Below, piece by piece: positions 18,418 through 29,077 of a stretch of 48,449 nt of DNA (positions are counted from its first letter, which is position 1; each line of letters begins with the position of its first letter). The DNA comes from Clostridia bacterium (GTDB taxonomy: Bacteria > Bacillota > Clostridia > HGM11514). The DNA is taken from NCBI GenBank assembly GCA_045586685.1, contig JAZNAU010000045.1:1-48449 (forward strand), written 5' to 3'. Both the position numbers and the translations under genes were made by a program. The notes below the pieces were generated by a model. It saw only the letters and a list, made by a program, of their open reading frames with translations, was not told the origin of the DNA and ran no database searches.

Positions 18418-18495
18418 ATCCCTTTGCTCGGATTGCGGATGAATCTCCTGAATAGGCGGGGAATACTCCAAGCCGTATTCTGTGCTGTAGGGCAA
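18418..18495 (+). ncRNA. Putative rpsO (S15) autoregulatory leader
   Basis: Structured 5' UTR (GCTCGGATTGCGG pairs with CCGTATTCTGTGC) after a TTTACA-17-TAAAAT promoter; S15 leaders are established in Firmicutes. Confidence 0.5.
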
Positions 18496-18520
18496 AATTT
18501 ATGAATGGAGGAAATGTATC

Positions 18521-18784
18521 ATGATGAAGGATGTAAAGCAAGCAATTATTGATGAGTACAAAACTCATGAAGGAGACACCGGTTCTCCCGAAGTTCAGGT
18601 TGCTCTGCTGACTCAGCGGATTAACCATCTGAACGAACATCTGAAGACTCACAAGAAGGATCATCATTCCAGACGCGGTCTTTTAAAGATGGTTGGACAG
18701 AGACGTGGTCTTCTGGATTATCTGATGAGCAAGGATATTGAAAGATATCGTGCTCTGATAGCCAGATTGAACTTGAGAAAGTAG
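18521..18784 (+). CDS. rpsO: 30S ribosomal protein S15
   Basis: [40 protein letters not shown]. Confidence 0.99.
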   Translation: MMKDVKQAIIDEYKTHEGDTGSPEVQVALLTQRINHLNEHLKTHKKDHHSRRGLLKMVGQRRGLLDYLMSKDIERYRALIARLNLRK

Positions 18785-18792
18785 TCATTGAG

Positions 18793-18838
18793 AAGGCGGT
18801 GCAGAGGGGAAGTGCTTTTCTTCCCCGGCCGCCTTTTT
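18793..18838 (+). terminator. rpsO terminator
   Basis: AAGGCGG...GGGGAAG/CTTCCCC...CCGCCTTTTT. Confidence 0.7.
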
Positions 18839-18875
18839 GTTCTATTTTTTTGAATGCTTTGCTTGTGGAATTTTG

Positions 18876-19106
18876 TTGGACATTTAGCAGTTAGATGACG
18901 GTTTTTATCTTATTTGAAAACCATGTTTTCAAATAGTTTGCAGATTCGTTCACTGGCATCCTGTGCCACACACTTCCGAATCTGTAAGGAATGCTCTTGC
19001 CGGCACATGTCCGTCTTCGGTCATAGATTTTGATTAAGAGAAAGCCCCTTAACAACCCCAAGCAGAATGGTTGGATAAAAATCGCGATCTAAGTGCTAAA
19101 GACCAA
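18876..19106 (+). promoter_or_regulatory. pnp 5' leader with long-range duplex (putative RNase III site)
   Basis: TTGGACATTTAGCAGTTAGATGACGGTTTTTATC pairs with GATAAAAATCGCGATCTAAGTGCTAAAGACCAA. Confidence 0.7.
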
Positions 19107-19148
19107 TAAGGTTCCTGAAAATTTATTTTTAAGGAGGCTATTTTTAGC

Positions 19149-21245
19149 ATGAAACAAACTTTTTCATTTACACTGGCGGGTAGACCCCTGGTGGTAGAAA
19201 CAGGTGAAATGGCACAGCTGGCGAATGGTTCTGCCCTTGTACGGTATGGCGATACAGTTGTATTATCTACAGCTACCGCATCAAAATCCCCCAGAGAAGG
19301 AATTGACTTTTTTCCTTTGAGCGTAGATTACGAAGAAAAGCTGTATGCGGTTGGAAAAATCCCCGGCAGTTTCCAGAAAAGAGAAGGAAAACCTTCCGAA
19401 AAGGCAATTTTGACCTCTCGTGTAATTGACCGTCCCATCCGTCCTCTCTTCCCCAAGGATATGAGAAACGATGTTACGGTAAACTCTTTGGTACTTTCCG
19501 TGGAGCAGGACAACTCTCCCGAAATTACCGCTATGATTGGAACTTCCATTGCAATCTCTATCTCCGACATTCCTTTTGACGGTCCTATCGGTGGTGTGTA
19601 TGTTGGTATGGTAGATGGTGAATTCATCATCAATCCCACCGTTGAACAAAGAGAAAACAGTGTTCTGCAACTGACTGTTGCAGGCACAAAAGACCGTGTG
19701 GTTATGATTGAAGCAGGTGCACAGGAAGTCAGCGAAGAGGATATGTATAATGCAATCCTGTTTGCTCATGAAGAAATTAAAAAGATTTGTGCTTTTATCG
19801 AAACTGTAGTAGAAGCAGTAGGAAAGCCCAAGTTTGAATACGAAGCACAGACTGTGAATGAAGAACTGTATGAAACAGTAAAAGCATTTGCACAGGCAAG
19901 AATTGAAGTTGCTCTGGACACGGATGACAAAACTGTTCGTGACAACGCATTGGCAATCGTTATTGCTGATACCATGGAGCATCTGGCGGACAAGTATCCT
20001 GAGGTGACCGAGGGAGAAGTTCGTGAAATTTTTGAAAAAATTCAGAAGGCCATTGTAAGACGGTGGTTACTAGTTGACCATAAACGTGTAGACGGCCGTA
20101 AGATTGACGAAATCCGTCCCTTAAACGCACAGGTGGATTTAGTTCCCAGAACTCACGGTTCCGGTATGTTTACCAGAGGACAAACTCAGGTTTTGACTTT
20201 GGCAACATTAGGACCTGTTGCGGAGGCTCAGCGTTTGGATGGACTGGATGACGAAGATACCAAGCGGTATATGCACCACTACAATTTCCCCTCCTACTCT
20301 GTTGGAGAAACCAAGCCCTCCAGAGGACCCGGACGGCGTGAAATCGGTCATGGTGCATTGGCTGAACGTGCTCTGGAGCCTGTAATTCCTCCTGTGAGCG
20401 AGTTTCCTTATGCAATTCGTCTGGTATCTGAAGTATTAAGCTCGAACGGTTCCACTTCTCAGGGAAGCGTTTGCGGAAGCACCTTGGCTCTGATGGCAGC
20501 AGGTGTTCCCATTAAAGCTCCTGTGGCAGGAATTTCCGTTGGTCTGGTTACCGATAAAGATGATTATCTGACCATGATCGATATTCAGGGTGTAGAAGAT
20601 TTTTACGGGGATATGGACTTTAAGGTTGCAGGTACCAAAAAGGGTATTACTGCAATTCAAATGGATATTAAAATCCACGGTCTGACCAAAGAAATCATTA
20701 AAGAAGCTTTGGAAAAAACCCGAGATGCAAGATATTATATTTTAGACGAAGTAATGCTTCCTGTGATTGGTGAACCCAGAGAAACACTTTCCCCCTTCGC
20801 TCCTAAGATTACTACTCTTAAGATTGATGTGGATAAAATTCGTGATTTGATTGGCCCCGGCGGAAAGATGATTCAGAAAATTATTGCCGAAACCGGCGCT
20901 ACCATTGATGTTGAAGATGACGGTACCGTATATGTTGCTTCTCCTGATCAGGCATCCGGCGATTTAGCAGTGAAGATGGTGACGGATGTAACCCGCGAAC
21001 CGGAAGTTGGAGATATTTATACCGGTAAAGTAACAAAGCTGATGGCATTTGGATGCTTTGTAGAGTTTCTGCCCGGAAAAGAGGGCTTGGTTCATATTTC
21101 TAAGCTGGATCGGAAACGTGTGGAAAAGGTAGAGGATGTTGTTGCTGAAGGCGACGAAATTGTTGTTAAAGTCATTGAATTTGACAAACAGGGCAGAATT
21201 AACTTGTCCAGAAAAGATGCTCTGCCGGAACAAACTCAAGAATAA
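19149..21245 (+). CDS. pnp: Polyribonucleotide nucleotidyltransferase
   Basis: [35 protein letters not shown]; KH and S1 domains. Confidence 0.99.
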   Translation: MKQTFSFTLAGRPLVVETGEMAQLANGSALVRYGDTVVLSTATASKSPREGIDFFPLSVDYEEKLYAVGKIPGSFQKREGKPSEKAILTSRVIDRPIRPLFPKDMRNDVTVNSLVLSVEQDNSPEITAMIGTSIAISISDIPFDGPIGGVYVGMVDGEFIINPTVEQRENSVLQLTVAGTKDRVVMIEAGAQEVSEEDMYNAILFAHEEIKKICAFIETVVEAVGKPKFEYEAQTVNEELYETVKAFAQARIEVALDTDDKTVRDNALAIVIADTMEHLADKYPEVTEGEVREIFEKIQKAIVRRWLLVDHKRVDGRKIDEIRPLNAQVDLVPRTHGSGMFTRGQTQVLTLATLGPVAEAQRLDGLDDEDTKRYMHHYNFPSYSVGETKPSRGPGRREIGHGALAERALEPVIPPVSEFPYAIRLVSEVLSSNGSTSQGSVCGSTLALMAAGVPIKAPVAGISVGLVTDKDDYLTMIDIQGVEDFYGDMDFKVAGTKKGITAIQMDIKIHGLTKEIIKEALEKTRDARYYILDEVMLPVIGEPRETLSPFAPKITTLKIDVDKIRDLIGPGGKMIQKIIAETGATIDVEDDGTVYVASPDQASGDLAVKMVTDVTREPEVGDIYTGKVTKLMAFGCFVEFLPGKEGLVHISKLDRKRVEKVEDVVAEGDEIVVKVIEFDKQGRINLSRKDALPEQTQE

Positions 21246-21329
21246 AATAACAGAATTGAAACGGGCCGGCCGCGGCAAGGGAATGAAAATTTCTGCCGGT
21301 CGGTCCCTTTGCTTTTTTTGGAGGTAAGA

Positions 21330-22571
21330 ATGGTTCAATTTTATACCTTGTCTAACGGTTTGCGAATAGGCGCAGAAAATATTCCCCATGTAAAGTCTGT
21401 CGCTGCCGGTTTTTTTATCCGTGCGGGCGGAATGACGGAGGAAAGCCGGGAAAACGGAATTTCTCATTTTGTGGAACATATGCTGTTTAAAGGAACAAAA
21501 AAGAGAAATGCCTGTCAGATTGTTCAGGAAATTGACCGGACGGGAGGCGTGCTTAACGCGTTTACTTCGGATGAATATACCTGCTATTATGTAAAAACCT
21601 TGGACAGACAGTTGGAAACTGCCATTGATGTGTTATGTGATATGTTGTTTCAATCCAAGCTTGCTCCTGAGGATATTGAACTGGAAAAGCGGGTGATTGG
21701 AGAGGAAATCAGTCTTTACGAAGATTCTCCTGAAGAATTGGCAGGAGATATTCTTTCCAGACAAAGCTGGGGGGACTGTCCCGCAGGAAGACCTATTTTG
21801 GGCACTGCAGATAGGGTTCGCCTCTATACCCGAGAAGATTTGGTTTCTTATATGGAACGGTTTTATCATCCTGAAAATATGGTATTTTCCATTGCAGGAA
21901 GCTTTGATTTATCCCAAGTAATAGGACTTTTGGAAAAAAGAATGGGTAAGTTTGGCTCATGGACTTCTGATGTTCCTGATTTTCCTCTTACCTTTCATGC
22001 CGGTGCTTCCTATAAAGAAAAGGATGCAGAGCAGACCCAAATCGCTTTGGGGTTTGAAGGAATCTCCAGAAAAGATGAAGATTTATACCCTTTATTGGCG
22101 GTTAATACTCTGTTTGGCGGCGGAATGAGCTCTCGATTATTTCAAAACATAAGAGAGAAACGAGGGTTGGCTTATTCTATAGGGTCGTACCCTCTTTGTT
22201 ATACAAAATCCGGTATGCTTGTGGTCAGTGCAGGAGTTAGTCCTGAAAATGCAGAGGAAACGGTAGCACTACTCTTACAGGAAATGAACCATTTTTGCGA
22301 AAACGGAATTTCCAACGAAGAGCTTTCTGCATGCAAGGACCAACTGGCGGGAGGATACTTGTTAGGCTTGGAATCCACCTCCTCCCGAATGAGTCATTTA
22401 GGAAAAGGGTTATTATTGGAAGGAACGGTCAGAACTCAGGAAGAGGTATTGAGTTTGATTGACCATGTATCGCAAGAGGATACGGCACGGGTGATTGACC
22501 GAGTGTTCACACCTGACCGTTTCAGTCTGGCCGCAGCCGGAGCCATTTCTCAATGGATAAAAAATTTGTAA
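21330..22571 (+). CDS. M16 (pitrilysin-family) zinc peptidase
   Basis: GISHFVEHMLFKGT, NAFTS, SSRLFQ.IREKRGLAYS; ATG 21330 after GGAGG. Confidence 0.95.
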   Translation: MVQFYTLSNGLRIGAENIPHVKSVAAGFFIRAGGMTEESRENGISHFVEHMLFKGTKKRNACQIVQEIDRTGGVLNAFTSDEYTCYYVKTLDRQLETAIDVLCDMLFQSKLAPEDIELEKRVIGEEISLYEDSPEELAGDILSRQSWGDCPAGRPILGTADRVRLYTREDLVSYMERFYHPENMVFSIAGSFDLSQVIGLLEKRMGKFGSWTSDVPDFPLTFHAGASYKEKDAEQTQIALGFEGISRKDEDLYPLLAVNTLFGGGMSSRLFQNIREKRGLAYSIGSYPLCYTKSGMLVVSAGVSPENAEETVALLLQEMNHFCENGISNEELSACKDQLAGGYLLGLESTSSRMSHLGKGLLLEGTVRTQEEVLSLIDHVSQEDTARVIDRVFTPDRFSLAAAGAISQWIKNL

Positions 22572-22582
22572 GGAACAGAAAA

Positions 22583-24919
22583 ATGAAAAAGTACAAGGTG
22601 CATATTTCCATTTATATTGCTTTTTTTGCCGTCTGGGTTTTGATGACTCGGGGGGCTGTTTCTCCTTTGATTTATCCTGATGAGGCGGGATACATTGGCT
22701 GGGCAAGAGAGCTTGCGGGACGTATAAGCGAAACTTGGCGCTATCTGCCAGGCTTTGGCCTTTTGCTTTCCCCCATTTTTTGGTTTACCAATGATGTATT
22801 ACAGGCATATCCTGTAATCATCCTTATCAATTGCCTGATGGGAGCGGCAATTCCTGTGCTCCTTTACAGTAATTCAGGCAATTTTTTGGACGAAAAAAAT
22901 AGATTGCTGGCAATCGTTACAATCGGTTTCTATCCGGCTTGGCTTCTTTATGGTAACCTGGCTTTATCAGAGGTTTTTTTGACATTTTTGTACACGCTTT
23001 TACTGTGGTCGGTTTGTCATTGGGGTAAAAACAAATGGTCTTGGCTCGTATCCTTTCTGTGCTGTATCTGGATGATAGCCAGCCACGGTCGAGGGGGCGC
23101 GGCAATTCTTGGTGTACTAGCGGCATTTGGCAGTTATGCATGGGACAAGCCGTGGCGGAAAAAAGCATTGATTTCCTGTGGCGTTGTGCTGATTTTGGCG
23201 ATTGTTACGGGAATTTTGTACCTGTTTGGGACAGAATCGGTGAATGGTGCTCACCTTCGGGAACAACTTATGGGATTGTTCTCTTTTAATGGCTTATGGA
23301 ACACCTTCTCCACCCTTCTTTCCCAAAGCTATTATCTTATGCTGTCTACCTTTGGGGTAGCGGCATTGGGAATATGGCAGGGAATGACTGTTCTCAAAAA
23401 GAAAAACAGTCCTGTTGTTTGGTTTATATTGATTGCTTTTCTGTTTTCTGCCCTACTTTCTGCGGTGTTCATGAATCATCATGAAAAACCGGACCATATT
23501 CTTTATGGACGGTATAATGAATTTGTATTAGGCGGAATTTTACTGTTGGGTATGACTGAATTTTTAAAGAAACGAAACTACATGTGGGTGCTTGTTCTGT
23601 TTGTCTTATTAGCCACATTTACAGGGCTTCGCTACAGTGAGGATTTGGTTGGAATCGACAGTAATCTGTGCCATACATGGGGTTTGTATTCTTATAAGAT
23701 ATTATTCAGTCGTTTTACCTTCGTTGGTGTGGCGGTTTGGTTTGGATTATGGAGCGGGATAATGTGGTTGATTCGTCGGTATAATCCTCATTCTGCTGCT
23801 TTGTTTTTATGCGGTTTGTTTTTGGTAACGTCTCTTTATACCAAATATGATTATTTTGTGAAGGGAGCATATCCTCGATACCAATCCTCTCAGATTGCAA
23901 ATTTTGTTGAAGATAAAGTTTCTGCTAAATTCTTAGAAGGAGATACAATGGGCTATCCTTGGGGAGTGTATCATCTGCTCACCTTAAAGCCGGAATTACA
24001 GCTTTTGGAGGATGCAAACTTACTGTTAACAACGAAAAAGGAAGGAAACATTCTGGGCAGCGAAACCTATGATACCCTATACCTTTGCCAAAAAGATGGA
24101 GAAAACCAACCTCTTTCCGGAGAAATCTTTGTTACGGGTTGGAACAAAAACAGTCTGACCCTTTCTGTAGTAAATACGGGAGGCCCATGGCTTTGCTATA
24201 ATGGCGCGGAATACTTGGAGGATTGCGTCAGACTGGTGATTTGGGTTTCCTCTGACGGAGCAGAAGAACAGTTTCGCGTAGATTTGCCCCGGAATTTGTA
24301 CCAGGGAGAAACGATGGAAACAGAAATTCCTCTTACATTAAAGGACGGAATATCCCGTGTGCAAATCAGTCCTTGTGTTGATTTGTCCCAAATCATAGCT
24401 TCGGTATGTGTTGAAGTGTCGGTAGAAAAGGGAAACATTGTAACGTGCGAAGCTGCACAACCTGAACAAAAACAATTTACTTTGCTGAACGCGGAAGACT
24501 ATCCCCGTCAAACCGAAGGAATGTTCCGAGGGTACAGTACGGGAGAAACTGTATTTGATCATCTTGGCTGGGACATTTCCGGAGAAAACTTGATTTTGTA
24601 CTCTAAAGGACAGGCAAACAACGTATCTGTATCTGTAAACGGTCAGGTGCTTTCGTTAGAAAAAAGGGGAGGAAACTCCTATTGCTTTTCTCTTAATAGA
24701 ATTACAGAAATTGACCGAATTACCGTAACAAGTGATACAACTGTTCCTGCAAAAATGGCGGGAGTGCCCGGGATTTTTGGATTTTTAAGAGCGGATTCAC
24801 CTTGCAAACCGATTTCTCTGTTTGTACGCGGAATGGATAAATTATTTGGACTCCGTTGGGATTTTTGTTCCTACGGAATTTGGATTGACCGTATTACCAT
24901 TGAGGAGAATCTGCAATAA
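22583..24919 (+). CDS. Polytopic membrane protein, GT-C-like glycosyltransferase with C-terminal external domain (paralog 1)
   Basis: PLIYPDEAGY in the first loop, LSE motif, many TM helices, HILYGRY; probable start ATG 22583. Confidence 0.65.
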   Translation: MKKYKVHISIYIAFFAVWVLMTRGAVSPLIYPDEAGYIGWARELAGRISETWRYLPGFGLLLSPIFWFTNDVLQAYPVIILINCLMGAAIPVLLYSNSGNFLDEKNRLLAIVTIGFYPAWLLYGNLALSEVFLTFLYTLLLWSVCHWGKNKWSWLVSFLCCIWMIASHGRGGAAILGVLAAFGSYAWDKPWRKKALISCGVVLILAIVTGILYLFGTESVNGAHLREQLMGLFSFNGLWNTFSTLLSQSYYLMLSTFGVAALGIWQGMTVLKKKNSPVVWFILIAFLFSALLSAVFMNHHEKPDHILYGRYNEFVLGGILLLGMTEFLKKRNYMWVLVLFVLLATFTGLRYSEDLVGIDSNLCHTWGLYSYKILFSRFTFVGVAVWFGLWSGIMWLIRRYNPHSAALFLCGLFLVTSLYTKYDYFVKGAYPRYQSSQIANFVEDKVSAKFLEGDTMGYPWGVYHLLTLKPELQLLEDANLLLTTKKEGNILGSETYDTLYLCQKDGENQPLSGEIFVTGWNKNSLTLSVVNTGGPWLCYNGAEYLEDCVRLVIWVSSDGAEEQFRVDLPRNLYQGETMETEIPLTLKDGISRVQISPCVDLSQIIASVCVEVSVEKGNIVTCEAAQPEQKQFTLLNAEDYPRQTEGMFRGYSTGETVFDHLGWDISGENLILYSKGQANNVSVSVNGQVLSLEKRGGNSYCFSLNRITEIDRITVTSDTTVPAKMAGVPGIFGFLRADSPCKPISLFVRGMDKLFGLRWDFCSYGIWIDRITIEENLQ

Positions 24920-24934
24920 GGAGGAAAACGAAAA

Positions 24935-27394
24935 ATGGAAAAAGGAATGAAAACGGAACGAAAAGTAAAATGGTTATTATTTTTTTCGTTTTTGTTGTTT
25001 TTGGGATGGTTGAGCAAAGATGCATCTGTACCGCTGATTTATCCTGATGAGGCAGGCTATATTGGTTGGGCAAAAATAATAGCCGGAAAATCCGGCGATC
25101 CCTTACACTATTCTCCGGGTTACAGCTTATTGCTTGCTCCGATTTTTTTGTTTACGGAGGACATTCTGCAAGCATATCCTGTCATTATTAAGATCAACGT
25201 GATGATAGGGGCACTCATTCCTGTTTTGCTGTATCACCTGAGCGGATATTTTTGCAATGAAAAGGATGTATTGAAAAGAGCGGGGATTGCAGTTCTTGCA
25301 TCTCTTTATCCTACTGTCACCTCTTATGTACAACTGGCACTTTCTGAAACCTGGCTTACTGTTTTGTTATTAGGAGTTGCGGTTTGTTTTTGTTCTCTGT
25401 GGGAGAATAGAAATCAGTTAAAAATTTGGGGATTATTACTTGTTTTATGTATTTGGAGCGTTCTCACTCATGCCCGAGGACTGGCCATAGGGATTGGTGC
25501 TCTGCTAACGGCTGTGGTTTTGTTTCGGGACAAAAAGAAGGAACTAATCATAGGCGGTTTGATAGGAATCTTGATGATTGGAGGTACTGCTGCGGTGTTG
25601 CTGTCTGATCAGGACCATATAGGAGCCTGTCACGTCCTCAATCAAATAAAACACTTTTTTTCTATTCAAGGAATCAGCTCGTTTGTGACAACATTGATTT
25701 CTCATTTTTGTTATTTAATTTGGTCGACTTTTGGAATGATTTCCATTGCTATATATCGCGGAGTAACGGCCATTCGCAAACAGGAAAAAGGCTGGGGGCT
25801 TTGGGTTTTTATTCTAAGCAGTTTTTGTTTCATGTGGTGTCTTTCCGCATTTTATATGAGCCATCACGAAAGGGCTGTTCATATTTTATACGGACGCTAT
25901 ATTGATGTAGTGATTCCGCTGATACTGCTGGCTCTGTTTTCCGGTTGGGGAAAGGTTCGGATTCCATGGTGGATATGGATCATTTCTTTGGGATGCGTCA
26001 TTGTTACCGGATTGTTGTACAGCAATGCAACTCTTGGGTTGGATGGCGGAATTATGAATGCGGTTGGGATGTTTTTATACCGAATATGGTTGCATCATTT
26101 TGAGTTTTGGTGGGCAGCAATATTCTTTGCTCTGATGACGGGAATTGTTTTTTTTATAGGATTGCGACATCCCAGTCTGTGCCTTGTTGCACTGGGAACA
26201 CTGTTTCTTTTTCAGGTAGGATATATACAGAACTCTTATTTTGAAAGGGAAGCTTCTGTAAAAAGACAAGTGCCACAAGTGATTGCAAGATTGCCGGAAA
26301 ATGCAGAGGTATATGTATCTGATTTAGAAGGAGTGTTGCAATATACCTGGCAATACTATAACTATCCCTTATATCGTCCTGATTTGAAGTTAAGCACCGA
26401 GGACACCGGTCAGCCTTTTGTACTGAGCCGAACGTTACAAGAGTACGGCACTTTAATCGCGATGGAAAAGGAAAATCCGGTTTATTTGTATCAAAGAGAT
26501 AGTCAGGTACAGGGTTTACAATATCCTGATGAATTAGAGGAATACAATGTTTCTTATTTTTGGAGACAGGTGTCGGACGGCATAGAGGTAACGGTACAAA
26601 ATCATGGCTCGCCCTGGCTGTGCTTCAATGCTGTACGGGATTTAAGGAATACGGTACGGTTAGGCGTACGGTGTTTTGATTACGAACAAAATCTGATATC
26701 TGATCAACGATATGACTTTTTTAATAATTTATACCAAGGAGATCAGGAACAATTTCTTCTTTCTGTTCCTTCCCAGTGCTCATTGTTAGAGATTCAACCG
26801 GTGTTGGAATTTACTGCTTGGTTTTCTGAACGGGGCTGTGAGCCTCTGTGGCTAAGCAGACAAGGAGACGAGTGGAAAATTACGGAAGAACCTAAACCGG
26901 ATTATAATCATGATTTCCGAAAAATAGAATTTTCTCATTTGCGATATGTAGAGGAAATGGAGAATACTACTTATCAAAATACTATCGTAAATTTTTATTC
27001 CAACTATACAAAAGCAGAATCAAAAATTAAAAATATTAGAATGCCGTCAGGGGACTGGTTGATACTGCATACAGGAGAATCGGAACAAAGAGAAGTGAAG
27101 ATATCCGTTAATGACCGTGCTCCTATTCGGCCGGAACGGTATGAGGACGGAGCTTATTATATCCCATTAGAGGATACGACTACAACGATTACTTCCATTG
27201 GAATAAGCTCGGATACGGTAAATCCCTTTGATGAAAGCGGATTGCCCGATAATCTTTCTTTCTTGTCTTTAGACACCAATGTAAAACCCATTCAATTTGC
27301 AGTGCACAGAATGGAGGATATTATGGGCAGAGAAGTGAATAATCATGAATTTGGAATACGAATTGAAAAAATAGAGGTCAGAAGGGAGGAATAA
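24935..27394 (+). CDS. Polytopic membrane protein, GT-C-like glycosyltransferase with C-terminal external domain (paralog 2)
   Basis: Shares PLIYPDEAGYIGWA, LALSE, HxRG, HHE..HILYGRY, PWLC.N and NLYQG with the upstream gene. Confidence 0.65.
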   Translation: MEKGMKTERKVKWLLFFSFLLFLGWLSKDASVPLIYPDEAGYIGWAKIIAGKSGDPLHYSPGYSLLLAPIFLFTEDILQAYPVIIKINVMIGALIPVLLYHLSGYFCNEKDVLKRAGIAVLASLYPTVTSYVQLALSETWLTVLLLGVAVCFCSLWENRNQLKIWGLLLVLCIWSVLTHARGLAIGIGALLTAVVLFRDKKKELIIGGLIGILMIGGTAAVLLSDQDHIGACHVLNQIKHFFSIQGISSFVTTLISHFCYLIWSTFGMISIAIYRGVTAIRKQEKGWGLWVFILSSFCFMWCLSAFYMSHHERAVHILYGRYIDVVIPLILLALFSGWGKVRIPWWIWIISLGCVIVTGLLYSNATLGLDGGIMNAVGMFLYRIWLHHFEFWWAAIFFALMTGIVFFIGLRHPSLCLVALGTLFLFQVGYIQNSYFEREASVKRQVPQVIARLPENAEVYVSDLEGVLQYTWQYYNYPLYRPDLKLSTEDTGQPFVLSRTLQEYGTLIAMEKENPVYLYQRDSQVQGLQYPDELEEYNVSYFWRQVSDGIEVTVQNHGSPWLCFNAVRDLRNTVRLGVRCFDYEQNLISDQRYDFFNNLYQGDQEQFLLSVPSQCSLLEIQPVLEFTAWFSERGCEPLWLSRQGDEWKITEEPKPDYNHDFRKIEFSHLRYVEEMENTTYQNTIVNFYSNYTKAESKIKNIRMPSGDWLILHTGESEQREVKISVNDRAPIRPERYEDGAYYIPLEDTTTTITSIGISSDTVNPFDESGLPDNLSFLSLDTNVKPIQFAVHRMEDIMGREVNNHEFGIRIEKIEVRREE

Positions 27395-27395
27395 G

Positions 27396-28979
27396 ATGCA
27401 TTTTCAGATTCCCAAGCAACAACGGACGAAAATAGAAGAATATTTGCAAAAGTTGCCTCAAGAGGAGACAAAAGGCGTGCAAAAATCCGACTATCTTGAC
27501 TTGGCTGAGCAACTTTTGGAAAAGTATGAAATAACCAAAGCCGTTGACCCCGAAAAGGAATTTCAAGTTTGTTCCCAACTGGTATGGATATGGGCGGTGC
27601 TTCTTTCCAACGGAAGAAAAAAAGAACTTTACACTTCGTTTTGCGAATTGATGACGAAGGTCTGCAAAATAATATCAATGGATAACGGTGCTTCGTTGCC
27701 AAAGTTTTTGGTGGCAAAAGTGCTTCTTGCCCTTTCCTTAATGAAGGAGAATGACACAAATGGGGACTGGTCTGAAATAGCAAGTTCTATAGATCAAACA
27801 GATGCAGAGAATGTGCAGTGTGATGAAAATGGAATGTATGCTTATTGCGGTTCATCCGATTCCTGGTCAGGAACAGAGGATATTACCCTCCGCTTTCGCC
27901 TTCAGCTAATGGAAGCTGCGGGTATTATTTCCGCCGAGGAGGGACTGCGCCGAGGGGGAGTGTGGTCTCTGATGACCCAATCAGCAACCGGCCGTCTGCC
28001 TTACGGAGGGTTAAAAAAACCGTTGCATCACCAAGCCTTGTTGGTATCTGTTTTAGAGTATGAAGCAGGCAAACAGGTGGAGGAAGGAAATTTTGTACTG
28101 GCGGGAAGAATGCGTCGGGGAGCAAGGCTGGCCTTAGAATCCCTCCGTAAGGAAATTACGGATATTACTGGTGGTTATAAAGAAATAGAGAATCAAGGTG
28201 TTCTTATTTCTGCAACAGCATTGTGCGGTGCAGCAATTTTTGCACACGAGGATTTACCCGAGCATCCTGCTCCTTGTGAAAATGGCGGCTATGTACTTTT
28301 TACAACGCCAAAATTTCATCACATTTTTGCCAATGTATGGGGTTACAGCATCCAGATTGATGCGAATGGCGAATCGGATTGGGATACAACAGGATTGGGA
28401 AGAATTCATAAAAAAGGAATTCCTGAAAAACTGGGGCTGTCTGTTCCTTTTTCAGCACACCTTCATGATGCTCTGCCTCAAGGTTTCAAACCCATTTCCG
28501 CTTCTATTGGTATTGGATGGGATGACGGAGAGGGAGGTATTCAATACCTTTCTGATTTAACAGGAATCAAATATGCATTATCCATTGAGGAAGAAAAGAA
28601 GGATAAACTAAAGTTTACAATTACCTATACAGGAAATTGCCTGAAAAATTGCGGTGGTATTATGGAAACCTATTCTCTGGACGAGGGAGGTTTGAGGTAC
28701 AGTGCCAAATTACTGGAATCGGAGTGCAAGGCGGTGTACGCCCGAGTGCCTTTATTTGTAACGGATGGAGAGCGAGAAAGTAACATCAAGCAAAAAGCGG
28801 GACAAACCAATGTGTATTTTGATCAGTTTCGGTGGAAAATCACCACCAATGCCTCTTGGTCGCCTGATGAAACAATGGCAGAAAATCAAAACGGAGTCTA
28901 TAAAATTGTCACATTGGTTCGTCTGGAACCAAAAATCAGATTCAATTTGTCATTATGTCAGGAAAATGAGAGGGAATAA
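27396..28979 (+). CDS. Hypothetical soluble protein (helical N-half, beta-rich C-half)
   Basis: 527-aa ORF coupled to the upstream stop, GGAGG SD; no catalytic motif recognised. Confidence 0.75.
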   Translation: MHFQIPKQQRTKIEEYLQKLPQEETKGVQKSDYLDLAEQLLEKYEITKAVDPEKEFQVCSQLVWIWAVLLSNGRKKELYTSFCELMTKVCKIISMDNGASLPKFLVAKVLLALSLMKENDTNGDWSEIASSIDQTDAENVQCDENGMYAYCGSSDSWSGTEDITLRFRLQLMEAAGIISAEEGLRRGGVWSLMTQSATGRLPYGGLKKPLHHQALLVSVLEYEAGKQVEEGNFVLAGRMRRGARLALESLRKEITDITGGYKEIENQGVLISATALCGAAIFAHEDLPEHPAPCENGGYVLFTTPKFHHIFANVWGYSIQIDANGESDWDTTGLGRIHKKGIPEKLGLSVPFSAHLHDALPQGFKPISASIGIGWDDGEGGIQYLSDLTGIKYALSIEEEKKDKLKFTITYTGNCLKNCGGIMETYSLDEGGLRYSAKLLESECKAVYARVPLFVTDGERESNIKQKAGQTNVYFDQFRWKITTNASWSPDETMAENQNGVYKIVTLVRLEPKIRFNLSLCQENERE

Positions 28980-29077
28980 TTTCAAAATTTTATTATTTTT
29001 AATTGAAAAAAAAGAAAAACTATGTTATAATATGATAGAATAGTGAAAAATCCCAATGAAACTGAGGAAGTGAATGT

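Noticed and set aside
19281-19982. 233-aa minus-strand ORF
   Set aside because: Antisense shadow of pnp.
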